Part shown: positions 16,349 through 24,227 of the stretch, piece after piece
How positions within the stretch are numbered: position 1 is the stretch's first letter
Layout: each line of letters starts with the position of its first letter
Source: a virus
Lineage: Duplodnaviria; Caudoviricetes
Strand: one strand, 5' to 3'
IMG/VR virus record: IMGVR_UViG_3300045285_000056
Location: 1 to 41,125 of that record
DNA: 41,125 bases
Position numbers and translations under genes: made by a program
Notes under the pieces: model-generated
The model's input: the letters and a program-made list of their open reading frames with translations, nothing else
Told to the model about the DNA's origin: nothing
The model's database searches: none

Positions 16349-16983
16349 GCTTGAAGGAATTTGCAGAAGATGGGGAACAGGGAAGCCTTTCCTGGTTGAT
16401 GTCAAGGCTTGGGCACTGCACTGCCTCTCGCTTTAAGGACGTGATAGATAAGTTGAAGAATGGAAATCCTGGGGCGAAGCGTAATTCGTATATGTGGGAA
16501 CTAACCATTGAGCGTTTAACGGGGCAGCCCGCAACACATTACGAATCCGCCGCAATGCAATGGGGCACAGAGAACGAAGCGGAAGCGCGCCAGCAGTACG
16601 AAGCGCATACCGGCGCCCTGGTTGAGGAAACCGGCTTTATCCATCATCCGTCGCTTGAATGGGTAGGCGGATCGCCCGATGGGAAGATTGATTCAGTCGG
16701 CGTAGTGGAAATAAAAAATCCGTTCAACAGCGCGAATCACCTGCAATGCTTCCTTACCGGCTTTCCCGAGGAACACCGCGCGCAAACGCAAGGGTTGCTC
16801 TGGCTGATGGACAGGCAGTGGGTTGATTGTGTGTCATACGATCGCCGCCTGCCCGCGCCATTGAATCTCTACATTGAGCGGCAGCAGCGCGACGAAGATT
16901 ACTGCGTCATGCTGGCCGCAGAAATCACGGTGTTTAACGCCGAGGTTGCCGCGATGGTCGAAAAGCTGAGGACGATCAAATGA
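16345..16983 (+). CDS. YqaJ / lambda-type exonuclease
   Basis: Motifs RLGHCTAS, AMQWGTENE, GGSPDG, EIKNP and QTQ. Confidence 0.93.
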   Translation: MSLKEFAEDGEQGSLSWLMSRLGHCTASRFKDVIDKLKNGNPGAKRNSYMWELTIERLTGQPATHYESAAMQWGTENEAEARQQYEAHTGALVEETGFIHHPSLEWVGGSPDGKIDSVGVVEIKNPFNSANHLQCFLTGFPEEHRAQTQGLLWLMDRQWVDCVSYDRRLPAPLNLYIERQQRDEDYCVMLAAEITVFNAEVAAMVEKLRTIK

Positions 16984-17447
16984 CCATCGACGAGATGATC
17001 CGCTGCGCCGGCCGCGAGCTTGGACTGAGGCGCGCGGTATACCCGAAGTGGGTAGAGCAAAAGCGCATGAACCAGGCCGAAGCCGACTTCGAGATTTCCT
17101 GTATGGACGCAATTTACTCGCACCTGAAAGCGGCAAAAGAATCCAGTCCGCCGCCTCCAGCCGAAACCGGCGGTGCTGGACCGGAGTCAGCAGCGGCGCA
17201 GTCCTCGACTGCCATTGCCTGGGCTGTGCCTTCATCCGAGGGTATAGGGCAGGGAGAGATTGCGTCCGCTGCTGCCCCGACCGACGAGGAACTGATCGCC
17301 GACATCGAAAAGCGCGTGAAGCGCAAAGACTTCGATCATGCGTTCGATTTAGCGCGCGGCATCCAGGATCAGGATTTGCACGTGAAGACGGTCGAGCGGA
17401 TTGATCGGGCGCTCGCGTTCGTCGCGGCGAAGGCGGGAGCGAAATGA
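16980..17447 (+). CDS. Hypothetical protein
   Basis: RELGLRRAVYPKWV motif, coupled ORF. Confidence 0.75.
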   Translation: MTIDEMIRCAGRELGLRRAVYPKWVEQKRMNQAEADFEISCMDAIYSHLKAAKESSPPPPAETGGAGPESAAAQSSTAIAWAVPSSEGIGQGEIASAAAPTDEELIADIEKRVKRKDFDHAFDLARGIQDQDLHVKTVERIDRALAFVAAKAGAK

Positions 17448-18286
17448 GCGCCAAAGTCGAAGCCCTGCTTACGCGGCTGGACGATATTTCTAGCAGAGCA
17501 GGCCATGAATGGAACGCCGCGAAAGACGCCGCCGCGCTGATCCGCGCCCAGGCCGAGGAAATCGCCCGGCTGCAATCAGAAAAGGAGGAAGTGGTAATCG
17601 CGTATCAGGCTGCGCTCAATGAATGCAAAATAGCCAACGCGCACACGCTGCGGCTGCGCGATGAGCTTGGCTCGGTGCAGATGCTGAACGATGGCCTGCG
17701 CGCCAACATCGACGCTATCGCAGACGTTTTCGGCATTGGAAGCGCTGCAAGATCAGCAGGAATTATCCTAGCCAATGTACGGAACGCCAACCGGCGCAGC
17801 GATTGTCTTTCCGCAATCGAGCGCGAGTTTTTCACCAGAACGGGAGCGGATGAAGACGGAGAGCAGGCAGAGGAATGCTTGCTGAATTGGGGTGCTGATC
17901 CAGAGGAATACGTAGAACAATACCGCAAGGTCCAGATCGAGACTGCGACGGCGGGGCAGGAGTTGCTGTATGTAGCGGCCAAGGTAGGTGTGTTAAATGA
18001 TGGCACGAAAGGCATTACGTGGCTTGACAATAGATACCTGCGTGAGGGAGACAAGCTCTACGCCGCGCCGGTCCCTGCGGGCGATGCGGTCAGCGTGCCT
18101 AGGAATCCGACTGACGCAGAGTGGGGCATGATTCAGAAGCGCGTTGACGATGACTGCCCGATGAGCATAGTCGCCGATTTGGGAACCAATCCGCCGCGCG
18201 TATCCTGGAACGACGCGGCGGGGAGAATTATCAGCTATGCCGAGTCCGCCTTTGCCCAAGGAATGATCGCAGCGATGGCGAAATGA
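17444..18286 (+). CDS. Modular Ea/Ead-like hypothetical protein 1
   Basis: DAAALIRAQAEEIARL, LYAAP and VSVPR modules. Confidence 0.7.
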   Translation: MSAKVEALLTRLDDISSRAGHEWNAAKDAAALIRAQAEEIARLQSEKEEVVIAYQAALNECKIANAHTLRLRDELGSVQMLNDGLRANIDAIADVFGIGSAARSAGIILANVRNANRRSDCLSAIEREFFTRTGADEDGEQAEECLLNWGADPEEYVEQYRKVQIETATAGQELLYVAAKVGVLNDGTKGITWLDNRYLREGDKLYAAPVPAGDAVSVPRNPTDAEWGMIQKRVDDDCPMSIVADLGTNPPRVSWNDAAGRIISYAESAFAQGMIAAMAK

Positions 18287-18480
18287 GCGCCAACAGAAAC
18301 GGAATCGCGCACAAGGGCGAATGGTTCGCCGTCCGCCGCCCAAATGGGCGCCTGAGCGGCAGAATGTTCCGCTGCCCGTTTCGCGCGGCCGAGCACGCGA
18401 TGAGAGCTTACGGCTACGCGTGGTGGCCGGAATTGGTCCGGCGCGGGATACGCATTGTTGCCGTGGATGGGGAGAAATGA
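18283..18480 (+). CDS. Hypothetical protein
   Basis: Coupled ORF. Confidence 0.6.
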   Translation: MSANRNGIAHKGEWFAVRRPNGRLSGRMFRCPFRAAEHAMRAYGYAWWPELVRRGIRIVAVDGEK

Positions 18481-18671
18481 GCAAAGCGCCGTCTGACGCC
18501 ACGATGCTGCGCCGATGCAAGTCAGATTTGAATAAAGCGCGCAATACGCTGAACAATGTAAAGATCGATTACGCAGCGTGCCTCGCCAGTTTTCACAAGG
18601 CCACTAAAGAACGCGACGAATGGAAAGAACGATTCGATGCTCTGCTCAGACGCGATGGAGAAAAGAAATGA
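18477..18671 (+). CDS. Hypothetical coiled-coil protein
   Basis: Starts MSKAPSDAT, ATGA overlaps. Confidence 0.65.
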   Translation: MSKAPSDATMLRRCKSDLNKARNTLNNVKIDYAACLASFHKATKERDEWKERFDALLRRDGEKK

Positions 18672-19789
18672 CCGCCGAAGTCGAAGCCCTGCTAGAACGG
18701 CTGGACGAGGCACATGGATTCGGGCAGAAACTAGCGGGAGACGCCGCCGCGCTGATCCGCGCCCAGGCCGAGGAAATCGCCAAACTGCGCGAGCAGCTTG
18801 CGGCTGTGGCGCAGGCGGAGCGCGAGCGCGATTTGCTCGGCACGGCTATAGGCACAGGGTATGCGCCGCCAGAGAATCTGATAAAGGACGAAATGACTCG
18901 GCGCAGAGCAGCGCGAGCGGTGGAATTGCATGAGGAAATTGCACGCCTGCGCGAGCAAATCGCGGCTGCGGCGAAGCAGGAGCCAGTTGCATGGCTTGGA
19001 GTTGGATGCATCAGCAAAAAGCCAATCGTGCAACTGCCTGACGAGCCGAGAATGCCAGCGTGCGACCCGTGGCGTCCTCTCTACGCCGCGCCCGTACCTG
19101 CGGGCGATGCGGTTAGCGCGCATGAGAAGCAGTTAGTCGCGTGGCACTATTACCGTGAGCCATATTTCTATGTGATCTTAGATCAGGAAGTAGCACCGAA
19201 CGATCCCATACGGAGTAACGGGTGTCCGCTCTACGCCATCGCCCCCCGCGAGGCCAAAAAACCAAACTTAGAGAAAGGGGGTGATTGCCATAGACCCGAA
19301 AAATCAGCAACCAAGGGGACCAATGTCGTAACGGGGGCTGCGTATCCGAACAACGCGGACAAAGAACCGGAGCGGGCACAGGTAGTTCACGGTTCCGCAC
19401 AAGCCGATGCCGCGAAGCCTCGGGGACCGAACGAGGCGACGCTAGATGCGGCTCCTGCGCCTGACTCCGACCCTGCAATCCGCGTGCCGTGGAAGAATCC
19501 TGCCCCTATCCCGACCGAACGCACGCCACTGGACACAGCAATCAAGATCGCAGAACTAGAGCGCGAGTGCGAACGCCTGCGCGCCGAGCAACGAGAGGAA
19601 TACGCTAAGACACGCGCTGCTATCGAAACATGGCGCGGGCGCTGCAATGAGCTGCAAGTCGTCGCCGATGCAGCAAAGGCGTTTGTAGCGTGGTGGACTG
19701 ATGGACAAGATGACTTTGATGACCTGCATAAACATGCAGAGGTCATTGTAGTCGCAGTTCGCGCGCTGGATCGGGGCGAGGTGAAATAA
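18668..19789 (+). CDS. Modular Ea/Ead-like hypothetical protein 2
   Basis: Shares modules with 17444-18286. QEPVAW...PLYAAP. Confidence 0.7.
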   Translation: MTAEVEALLERLDEAHGFGQKLAGDAAALIRAQAEEIAKLREQLAAVAQAERERDLLGTAIGTGYAPPENLIKDEMTRRRAARAVELHEEIARLREQIAAAAKQEPVAWLGVGCISKKPIVQLPDEPRMPACDPWRPLYAAPVPAGDAVSAHEKQLVAWHYYREPYFYVILDQEVAPNDPIRSNGCPLYAIAPREAKKPNLEKGGDCHRPEKSATKGTNVVTGAAYPNNADKEPERAQVVHGSAQADAAKPRGPNEATLDAAPAPDSDPAIRVPWKNPAPIPTERTPLDTAIKIAELERECERLRAEQREEYAKTRAAIETWRGRCNELQVVADAAKAFVAWWTDGQDDFDDLHKHAEVIVVAVRALDRGEVK

Positions 19790-19870
19790 AGTTATGTTTT
19801 ACAAACACGGACACGCAAAACATTCTGAGAAAGTCCACATAGAGCAGCGCAGGTATCGGATGGACAAGAC

Positions 19871-20074
19871 GTGAGCGCTTTTATTTACAAACTGAATGCG
19901 ATGGAGAACGCTGCTCAGGCAAAGAATCCGTCAAAAGCTGGTTATGGCGATAAGCGCGAGGCGGTCATCGAATACGTTTCCAAACTGGAAACAGAAGTTA
20001 AAGATTTGCGCAATCGCCTCGCCGCAATCGAGGGCGCTGCCGGGCTGAGTGATACCCCGACGAGCGCGCGGTGA
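19871..20074 (+). CDS. Hypothetical protein
   Basis: ORF with coiled-coil C-terminus. Confidence 0.6.
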   Translation: MSAFIYKLNAMENAAQAKNPSKAGYGDKREAVIEYVSKLETEVKDLRNRLAAIEGAAGLSDTPTSAR

Positions 20075-20081
20075 TCGCGGA

Positions 20082-20249
20082 ATGAACGTGACGCGCATCA
20101 TCACGATAATCTGCGGCATCATTACCGGCCTCCTGATGCCGATGTTTCTGCTTTCCTACGGGTTTGGCGCTGCGCACGATCCTGAATTTCTGGCAATGGG
20201 AATTCTTTGCGGATTTTGGATGATACTTGCGGTATTGACAGCGCCATGA
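20082..20249 (+). CDS. Small two-TM membrane protein
   Basis: Two hydrophobic segments. Confidence 0.55.
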   Translation: MNVTRIITIICGIITGLLMPMFLLSYGFGAAHDPEFLAMGILCGFWMILAVLTAP

Positions 20250-20434
20250 TTAAACCTGACGAGCGCGTGTCGGACCTGGTGCTAGAAAGGTTGAAAACGG
20301 CAGATGGATGGAATTTGAGTGCGTACCTGCTGCATTCGATCGTGCAGGAACTGCTGGAGCGCCGCCGTGGAGAGTGGATTTGCCCGCAGTGCGGATTGCG
20401 AAATGGAGGTAACGCGGAAAATGAGCAAACCTGA
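20246..20434 (+). CDS. CPQCG protein, paralogue A
   Basis: KPDERVSD...ELLERRRGEWICPQCGLR. Confidence 0.7.
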   Translation: MIKPDERVSDLVLERLKTADGWNLSAYLLHSIVQELLERRRGEWICPQCGLRNGGNAENEQT

Positions 20435-20606
20435 CGAGCGCGTGTCTGACGAAGTGCTTCAAGAATTCGCTAATCTTGCGAACCAATCCATTTCTCGCAA
20501 GATAGCCCGCGAACTGCTAGAGCGGCGCCGGGGAGAATACATCTGCCCGCAGTGCGGCCTGAGGCAGACACCGCAGCAGGATTCAGACGGGGGAATTCCG
20601 TGGTGA
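20421..20606 (+). CDS. CPQCG protein, paralogue B
   Basis: KPDERVSD...ELLERRRGEYICPQCGLR, with SD GGAGGT. Confidence 0.7.
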   Translation: MSKPDERVSDEVLQEFANLANQSISRKIARELLERRRGEYICPQCGLRQTPQQDSDGGIPW

Positions 20607-20634
20607 GCGGTCAGGCGAGCGCCATTTTCAAAGC

Positions 20635-21126
20635 CTAAGAGTCAGTCGCCCCATACCGCAAGTCTTGCGCAATCCTGAGCGCCCATCCCTTCCCCGCGCT
20701 ATTCCAATTGCTGAGGTGCGTCATGAATTGCAGGCGCTCGCTGAGTAAGAGCATGATCGTATCTGACTCGTCTGAGGCATCTGCGGCAGCTTGGCTTATC
20801 TGCCCCCAATGGCCGTCGTCGGCAACGCCTAACGCCCGCTGTAGGTAGCGCACCGCCGTTTCTGGACCACTGTTATACGCAAAGTCCGCCGCTTGCCAAG
20901 CAACGCCGTCAAATAGGTTTTCTGCATGCACGCGGTCCCAGAAATCGCGCTTGAAGATAACCTTGGCACGTTCCTTCGTCATGGCCGAAATGTCCTCGTT
21001 CGGGTAGCTATGCTGACTGATCCCATACTTGGTATGGCCGCCAGGGTCATTCGGATTGTTTACCTCGCCGCCTTCATTGATCATGAGCCGGTCAAATGCG
21101 TCATTGAACGTGATCAAAGCGTGCAT
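20635..21126 (-). CDS. Endolysin, glycoside hydrolase family 108
   Basis: EGGEVNNPNDPGGHTKYGIS, LQRALGVADDG and GKGW. May start at TTG 21117. Confidence 0.92.
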   Translation of the reverse strand: MHALITFNDAFDRLMINEGGEVNNPNDPGGHTKYGISQHSYPNEDISAMTKERAKVIFKRDFWDRVHAENLFDGVAWQAADFAYNSGPETAVRYLQRALGVADDGHWGQISQAAADASDESDTIMLLLSERLQFMTHLSNWNSAGKGWALRIAQDLRYGATDS

Positions 21127-21605
21127 CCTTCGTGTAGTTCTCGTTTCGCAGTTACATACCGATTGTGCGCCTGTTCTGCGGTAGAAAAAACACCTAGATA
21201 TATCGTTTTTCCGCAGTTTTGAATCCTCGCTCTAAAGCTGCCACCAGGCAATCTATCAACGCCGAGGACTCCAGAACTTTTGTTGTGCGATCTTGCTATA
21301 CGCACATTTTGCCTGTTGACCGCACCTGTCACGTCGCGCAGGAGGCCAAATCTATTATCAGAGCGTTTGCCATAGATGTGATCGACTTCACCAATTGGCC
21401 ATGCCCCAGTAGAAAACAGCCAAACGATATGGTGAGCGCGATACTTTTTCCCATCTACAGATATGACCCTGTACCCGTGGATAATGTGGCCGGCAATAGC
21501 GCCGACACGTACCCTGTTTGAGGTGGAAACTTTCCAACGAAATATACCTGTATCTTGGTCCCAGTCGAGGACTTCTTTCAAGCGCGCTATACTTACGTCA
21601 GTCAT
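21114..21605 (-). CDS. HNH homing endonuclease with AP2-like C-terminus
   Basis: Motifs DTGIFRW, YRAHHIVW, VDHIYGKRSDNR and YLGVF, with SD GGAGG. Confidence 0.9.
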   Translation of the reverse strand: MTDVSIARLKEVLDWDQDTGIFRWKVSTSNRVRVGAIAGHIIHGYRVISVDGKKYRAHHIVWLFSTGAWPIGEVDHIYGKRSDNRFGLLRDVTGAVNRQNVRIARSHNKSSGVLGVDRLPGGSFRARIQNCGKTIYLGVFSTAEQAHNRYVTAKRELHEGCTL

Positions 21606-21681
21606 GATGTGCCTCCAGCACGGATTGATTAGAGTCCGCCTAGCGTTTGACGCGCTGGCGGACTCGTTTATTTTATAACGC

Positions 21682-21882
21682 CTACGCTGCTTCTGTCTTC
21701 CCGCGCTTGGCAATAGCAACTATCAACTGCGCCCGCGCCACGTCGTCAGCAAGGGAGAGTGTGTCGAGTTCGGCAGACGTCAAATCTCTATTTTCCGCCT
21801 TGGCCTTAGACAGAAGCGCCGATATTGTCCCGGCTTGGTTGACGAGCGCTATCAGGAGTTCCACGGCGAGCGCTGCATTCAT
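21682..21882 (-). CDS. Lysis-region hypothetical protein
   Basis: Amphipathic ORF coupled to the lipoprotein gene. Confidence 0.65.
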   Translation of the reverse strand: MNAALAVELLIALVNQAGTISALLSKAKAENRDLTSAELDTLSLADDVARAQLIVAIAKRGKTEAA

Positions 21883-22253
21883 TGGGCACCCCTCTGGGCA
21901 AGGTACTGTTGCAGCGCTACCAGCGCCGTGTTCGTAGCTGTCAGTTTCGCATCAGCCGAGGTTAGGTCAGTTGCCGAGAGAGTGCGCGCGACATCAATAC
22001 CGGCCCGCGCAACGTCGGTGACTTGCAGGACATTCGCCCCATCGGTTCCGCTGATCTTGCCGGCATTGAGCAGCGTCGTCGCGGTCTCGCGCAGCGTGGT
22101 CACTAGAGCGTAGCTCGCCGCAATGCGCTCATTGAGGGTCTGCGGCAGGAGAACGGAGCCCATGCCGTTCGTTCCCGCCGCGCAACCCGGCAGGAGCGCA
22201 GGCAGCGTAACCGCGAACCCGAGCAGGCACGCGCCGAGTAGTTTGCGCATCAA
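21879..22253 (-). CDS. Lipoprotein (possible spanin-like component)
   Basis: Signal peptide with lipobox-like LPGC and a helical body. Confidence 0.65.
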   Translation of the reverse strand: MMRKLLGACLLGFAVTLPALLPGCAAGTNGMGSVLLPQTLNERIAASYALVTTLRETATTLLNAGKISGTDGANVLQVTDVARAGIDVARTLSATDLTSADAKLTATNTALVALQQYLAQRGAQ

Positions 22254-22540
22254 GCCGCCGGCGGTACGACTACGGGAGCCGGAACGATGGCCTTGATCGA
22301 AGCATCGAGCGCGGTCAGGGACGCCAGGAGCGCGTCCGAATCGGCTGGCGTGATAATCACGTCGCCGGTCAAGGCCGCTGTAAGGGAAGCAACGTCAGTC
22401 TGAATGGTGGTGATAGCTGTTTGCAATTGCGCGAGAGTTGCCATGATCTGAGTTTCCTTTTTGATGATGTATAAAAGAGCGTGCGCCAAGTGGTCATCAC
22501 TGATACTTTCGGCATGCACGATGATTTCGGTGAGTTCCAT
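22250..22540 (-). CDS. Hypothetical coiled-coil protein
   Basis: IMATLAQLQTAI heptads. Confidence 0.6.
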   Translation of the reverse strand: MELTEIIVHAESISDDHLAHALLYIIKKETQIMATLAQLQTAITTIQTDVASLTAALTGDVIITPADSDALLASLTALDASIKAIVPAPVVVPPAA

Positions 22541-22584
22541 TTCGCGGCGAATCCTAGCAGGTTGAAAGCCGGCCGTCTGTGCGG

Positions 22585-22689
22585 TCAGCGGTCTGTGACC
22601 ATGACCAACAGGGCGAGAAAGAGAAGGACTGCCACGAGCGCCATGCCGATGTCGGCCCAGGATATAAAGCCACGCTGCTTTACGGGCAT
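22585..22689 (-). CDS. 34-aa membrane peptide with prepilin-like N-terminus
   Basis: MPVKQRGFISWADIGMALVAVLLFLALLVMVTDR. Confidence 0.45.
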   Translation of the reverse strand: MPVKQRGFISWADIGMALVAVLLFLALLVMVTDR

Positions 22690-22862
22690 ACCCATATAGC
22701 CACCTTGAGCCAATAATGCATCCCTTTGCGAAGAATTGGTGCGCATGTAGTCACCATGCCTTCACTAAGTACGAACCCAGCGCAAAGGTATGGCGTCACC
22801 ACGCGGTACAGGCCGTCTTTCAGCATCGTATCAACTTGCAAAGCAACAGCACCGCGGCGCAC
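22680..22862 (-). CDS. Hypothetical protein
   Basis: GLYRVVTPYLCAGFV...CAPILR. The true start is probably the internal ATG (MLKDG). Confidence 0.55.
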   Translation of the reverse strand: MRRGAVALQVDTMLKDGLYRVVTPYLCAGFVLSEGMVTTCAPILRKGMHYWLKVAIWVCP

Positions 22863-22988
22863 GCGAGCGCATAGGCTGCGACGGCGATTGCGAGATTTTC
22901 AGCAGTCCACGGCATAGCTAGAACGTCTTCCCGGCCCACACGATAGGAATCTCGGTGTTTTTGCCGCGCGTCAGTCGAGCAGAGTGAA

Positions 22989-23369
22989 TCATGTCGTCAA
23001 CCGTGCGATAACGTCAGGAAGGCTTGGCGCGACAATCGCAATCACCTTCTGCGCGTCCTCGGCCGGAACAAGGGGCGTAGCGCCAGTCACGCGGTTCGCC
23101 AAGACAATGCCGGTATTGAGCGCCCGCGCCTCGCGTTCCTTCGCGGCTTGGTCCATCTGGTACACGTTCCACTGGCTCAAGGCAAACGACAGCAGCATCA
23201 TGAATCCGCCGAAGCCCTCGGAAATCGTGCCTAGCATCTGATCGCTGTAGTGGTGCCCGAGCGCGGCCGAAATTGCGCCGCCAGCCATAATCACGGCGCG
23301 GCCGGCGGACTCTAGGCGAGCTTGGAGTAAGGGGTCCATTATTCGCGCGGTCTCCGGTTGCCTCGCCAT
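22989..23369 (-). CDS. Holin-like two-TM protein
   Basis: Two hydrophobic segments, located in the lysis region. Confidence 0.5.
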   Translation of the reverse strand: MARQPETARIMDPLLQARLESAGRAVIMAGGAISAALGHHYSDQMLGTISEGFGGFMMLLSFALSQWNVYQMDQAAKEREARALNTGIVLANRVTGATPLVPAEDAQKVIAIVAPSLPDVIARLTT

Positions 23370-23635
23370 CTAATCTCGAATGTGTTAACCGATACGTAAT
23401 CAACTTGCAGGTATGCAGTGCCATGCGCGATGTTGAATGATTCACCCACTTTTGCATCCGGGGGAAGCATCCACTTGCCTATCGCTCGCGTAGCTGCGGC
23501 AAGGTTATTTACAGCTTGGCATTCTGCGCTGCGCGCGGATTTGAGAGCGGACACGCAGTTCTCCCAATCCTCTATGAGTATCCGGCCGTCGCGCGTAACG
23601 TATTCTGAATCTGGCTTTAGAATATCGGTAGTCAT
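23339..23635 (-). CDS. Hypothetical protein
   Basis: Starts MTTDILKP, with SD GGAGG. Confidence 0.65.
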   Translation of the reverse strand: MTTDILKPDSEYVTRDGRILIEDWENCVSALKSARSAECQAVNNLAAATRAIGKWMLPPDAKVGESFNIAHGTAYLQVDYVSVNTFEIRWRGNRRPRE

Positions 23636-23704
23636 GAAGCGCCTCCAACGCTGATTGATTAGAGGCCGGCCGGTGCTCAATACACCGCGCTGGCCTTGCC
23701 CATT

Positions 23705-24016
23705 CTACCGCGCCCGCCTCGCCGCCGCCAGTTCGTCCTTGAGTTCTTTCACGGTTTCAATCAAAAAACGGTGTTCTGCGGAAAAGCCGGCGATAGCGAG
23801 TTTAAGATCGTTGGCGTTATCGCGACTCTTGTCCATTTGTTCTTTGAGCGCAACCACCTGAGCAGCCTGCGCATCCTGGGATTTCTTGATGTTTGGTATT
23901 TCGTCGATCTTCCCGAAAACGCCAGTAACGCCAGCAACGACAAAGCCCAGGATCGTCGTCGCCATCGCCATGACGAGGGTGCGAACAATCTCTCCACGCA
24001 TGCCGGGCATGTCCAT
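23705..24016 (-). CDS. TM plus coiled-coil protein (holin/antiholin-like)
   Basis: N-terminal TM followed by heptads. Confidence 0.6.
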   Translation of the reverse strand: MDMPGMRGEIVRTLVMAMATTILGFVVAGVTGVFGKIDEIPNIKKSQDAQAAQVVALKEQMDKSRDNANDLKLAIAGFSAEHRFLIETVKELKDELAAARRAR

Positions 24017-24019
24017 GTG

Positions 24020-24139
24020 CTATTGCTCGTAGTGCTGACGCAGCAAGAAGACCAAAACGCCGAATACGACAGTGATTAGCAGGCCGAACAGATCGCGCGC
24101 CGAGGTGTGAAAGAAGTGACGAGAGGGAGGATTTTGCAT
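24020..24139 (-). CDS. 39-aa membrane peptide
   Basis: MQNPPSRHFFHTSARDLFGLLITVVFGVLVFLLRQHYEQ, preceded by a -10-like GATAAT. Confidence 0.45.
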   Translation of the reverse strand: MQNPPSRHFFHTSARDLFGLLITVVFGVLVFLLRQHYEQ

Positions 24140-24227
24140 CGCGCAGCATTATCGCATGTTGCGCGCCGCGCCATCTGTGCGGCAGAGGCGACGCGAACGG
24201 GAATCAAGTAGGCTGAATCGTTTCTCC

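Noticed and set aside
17444-20606. Diversity-generating retroelement TR/VR pair
   Set aside because: There is no reverse transcriptase, and the mismatches are not adenine-specific.
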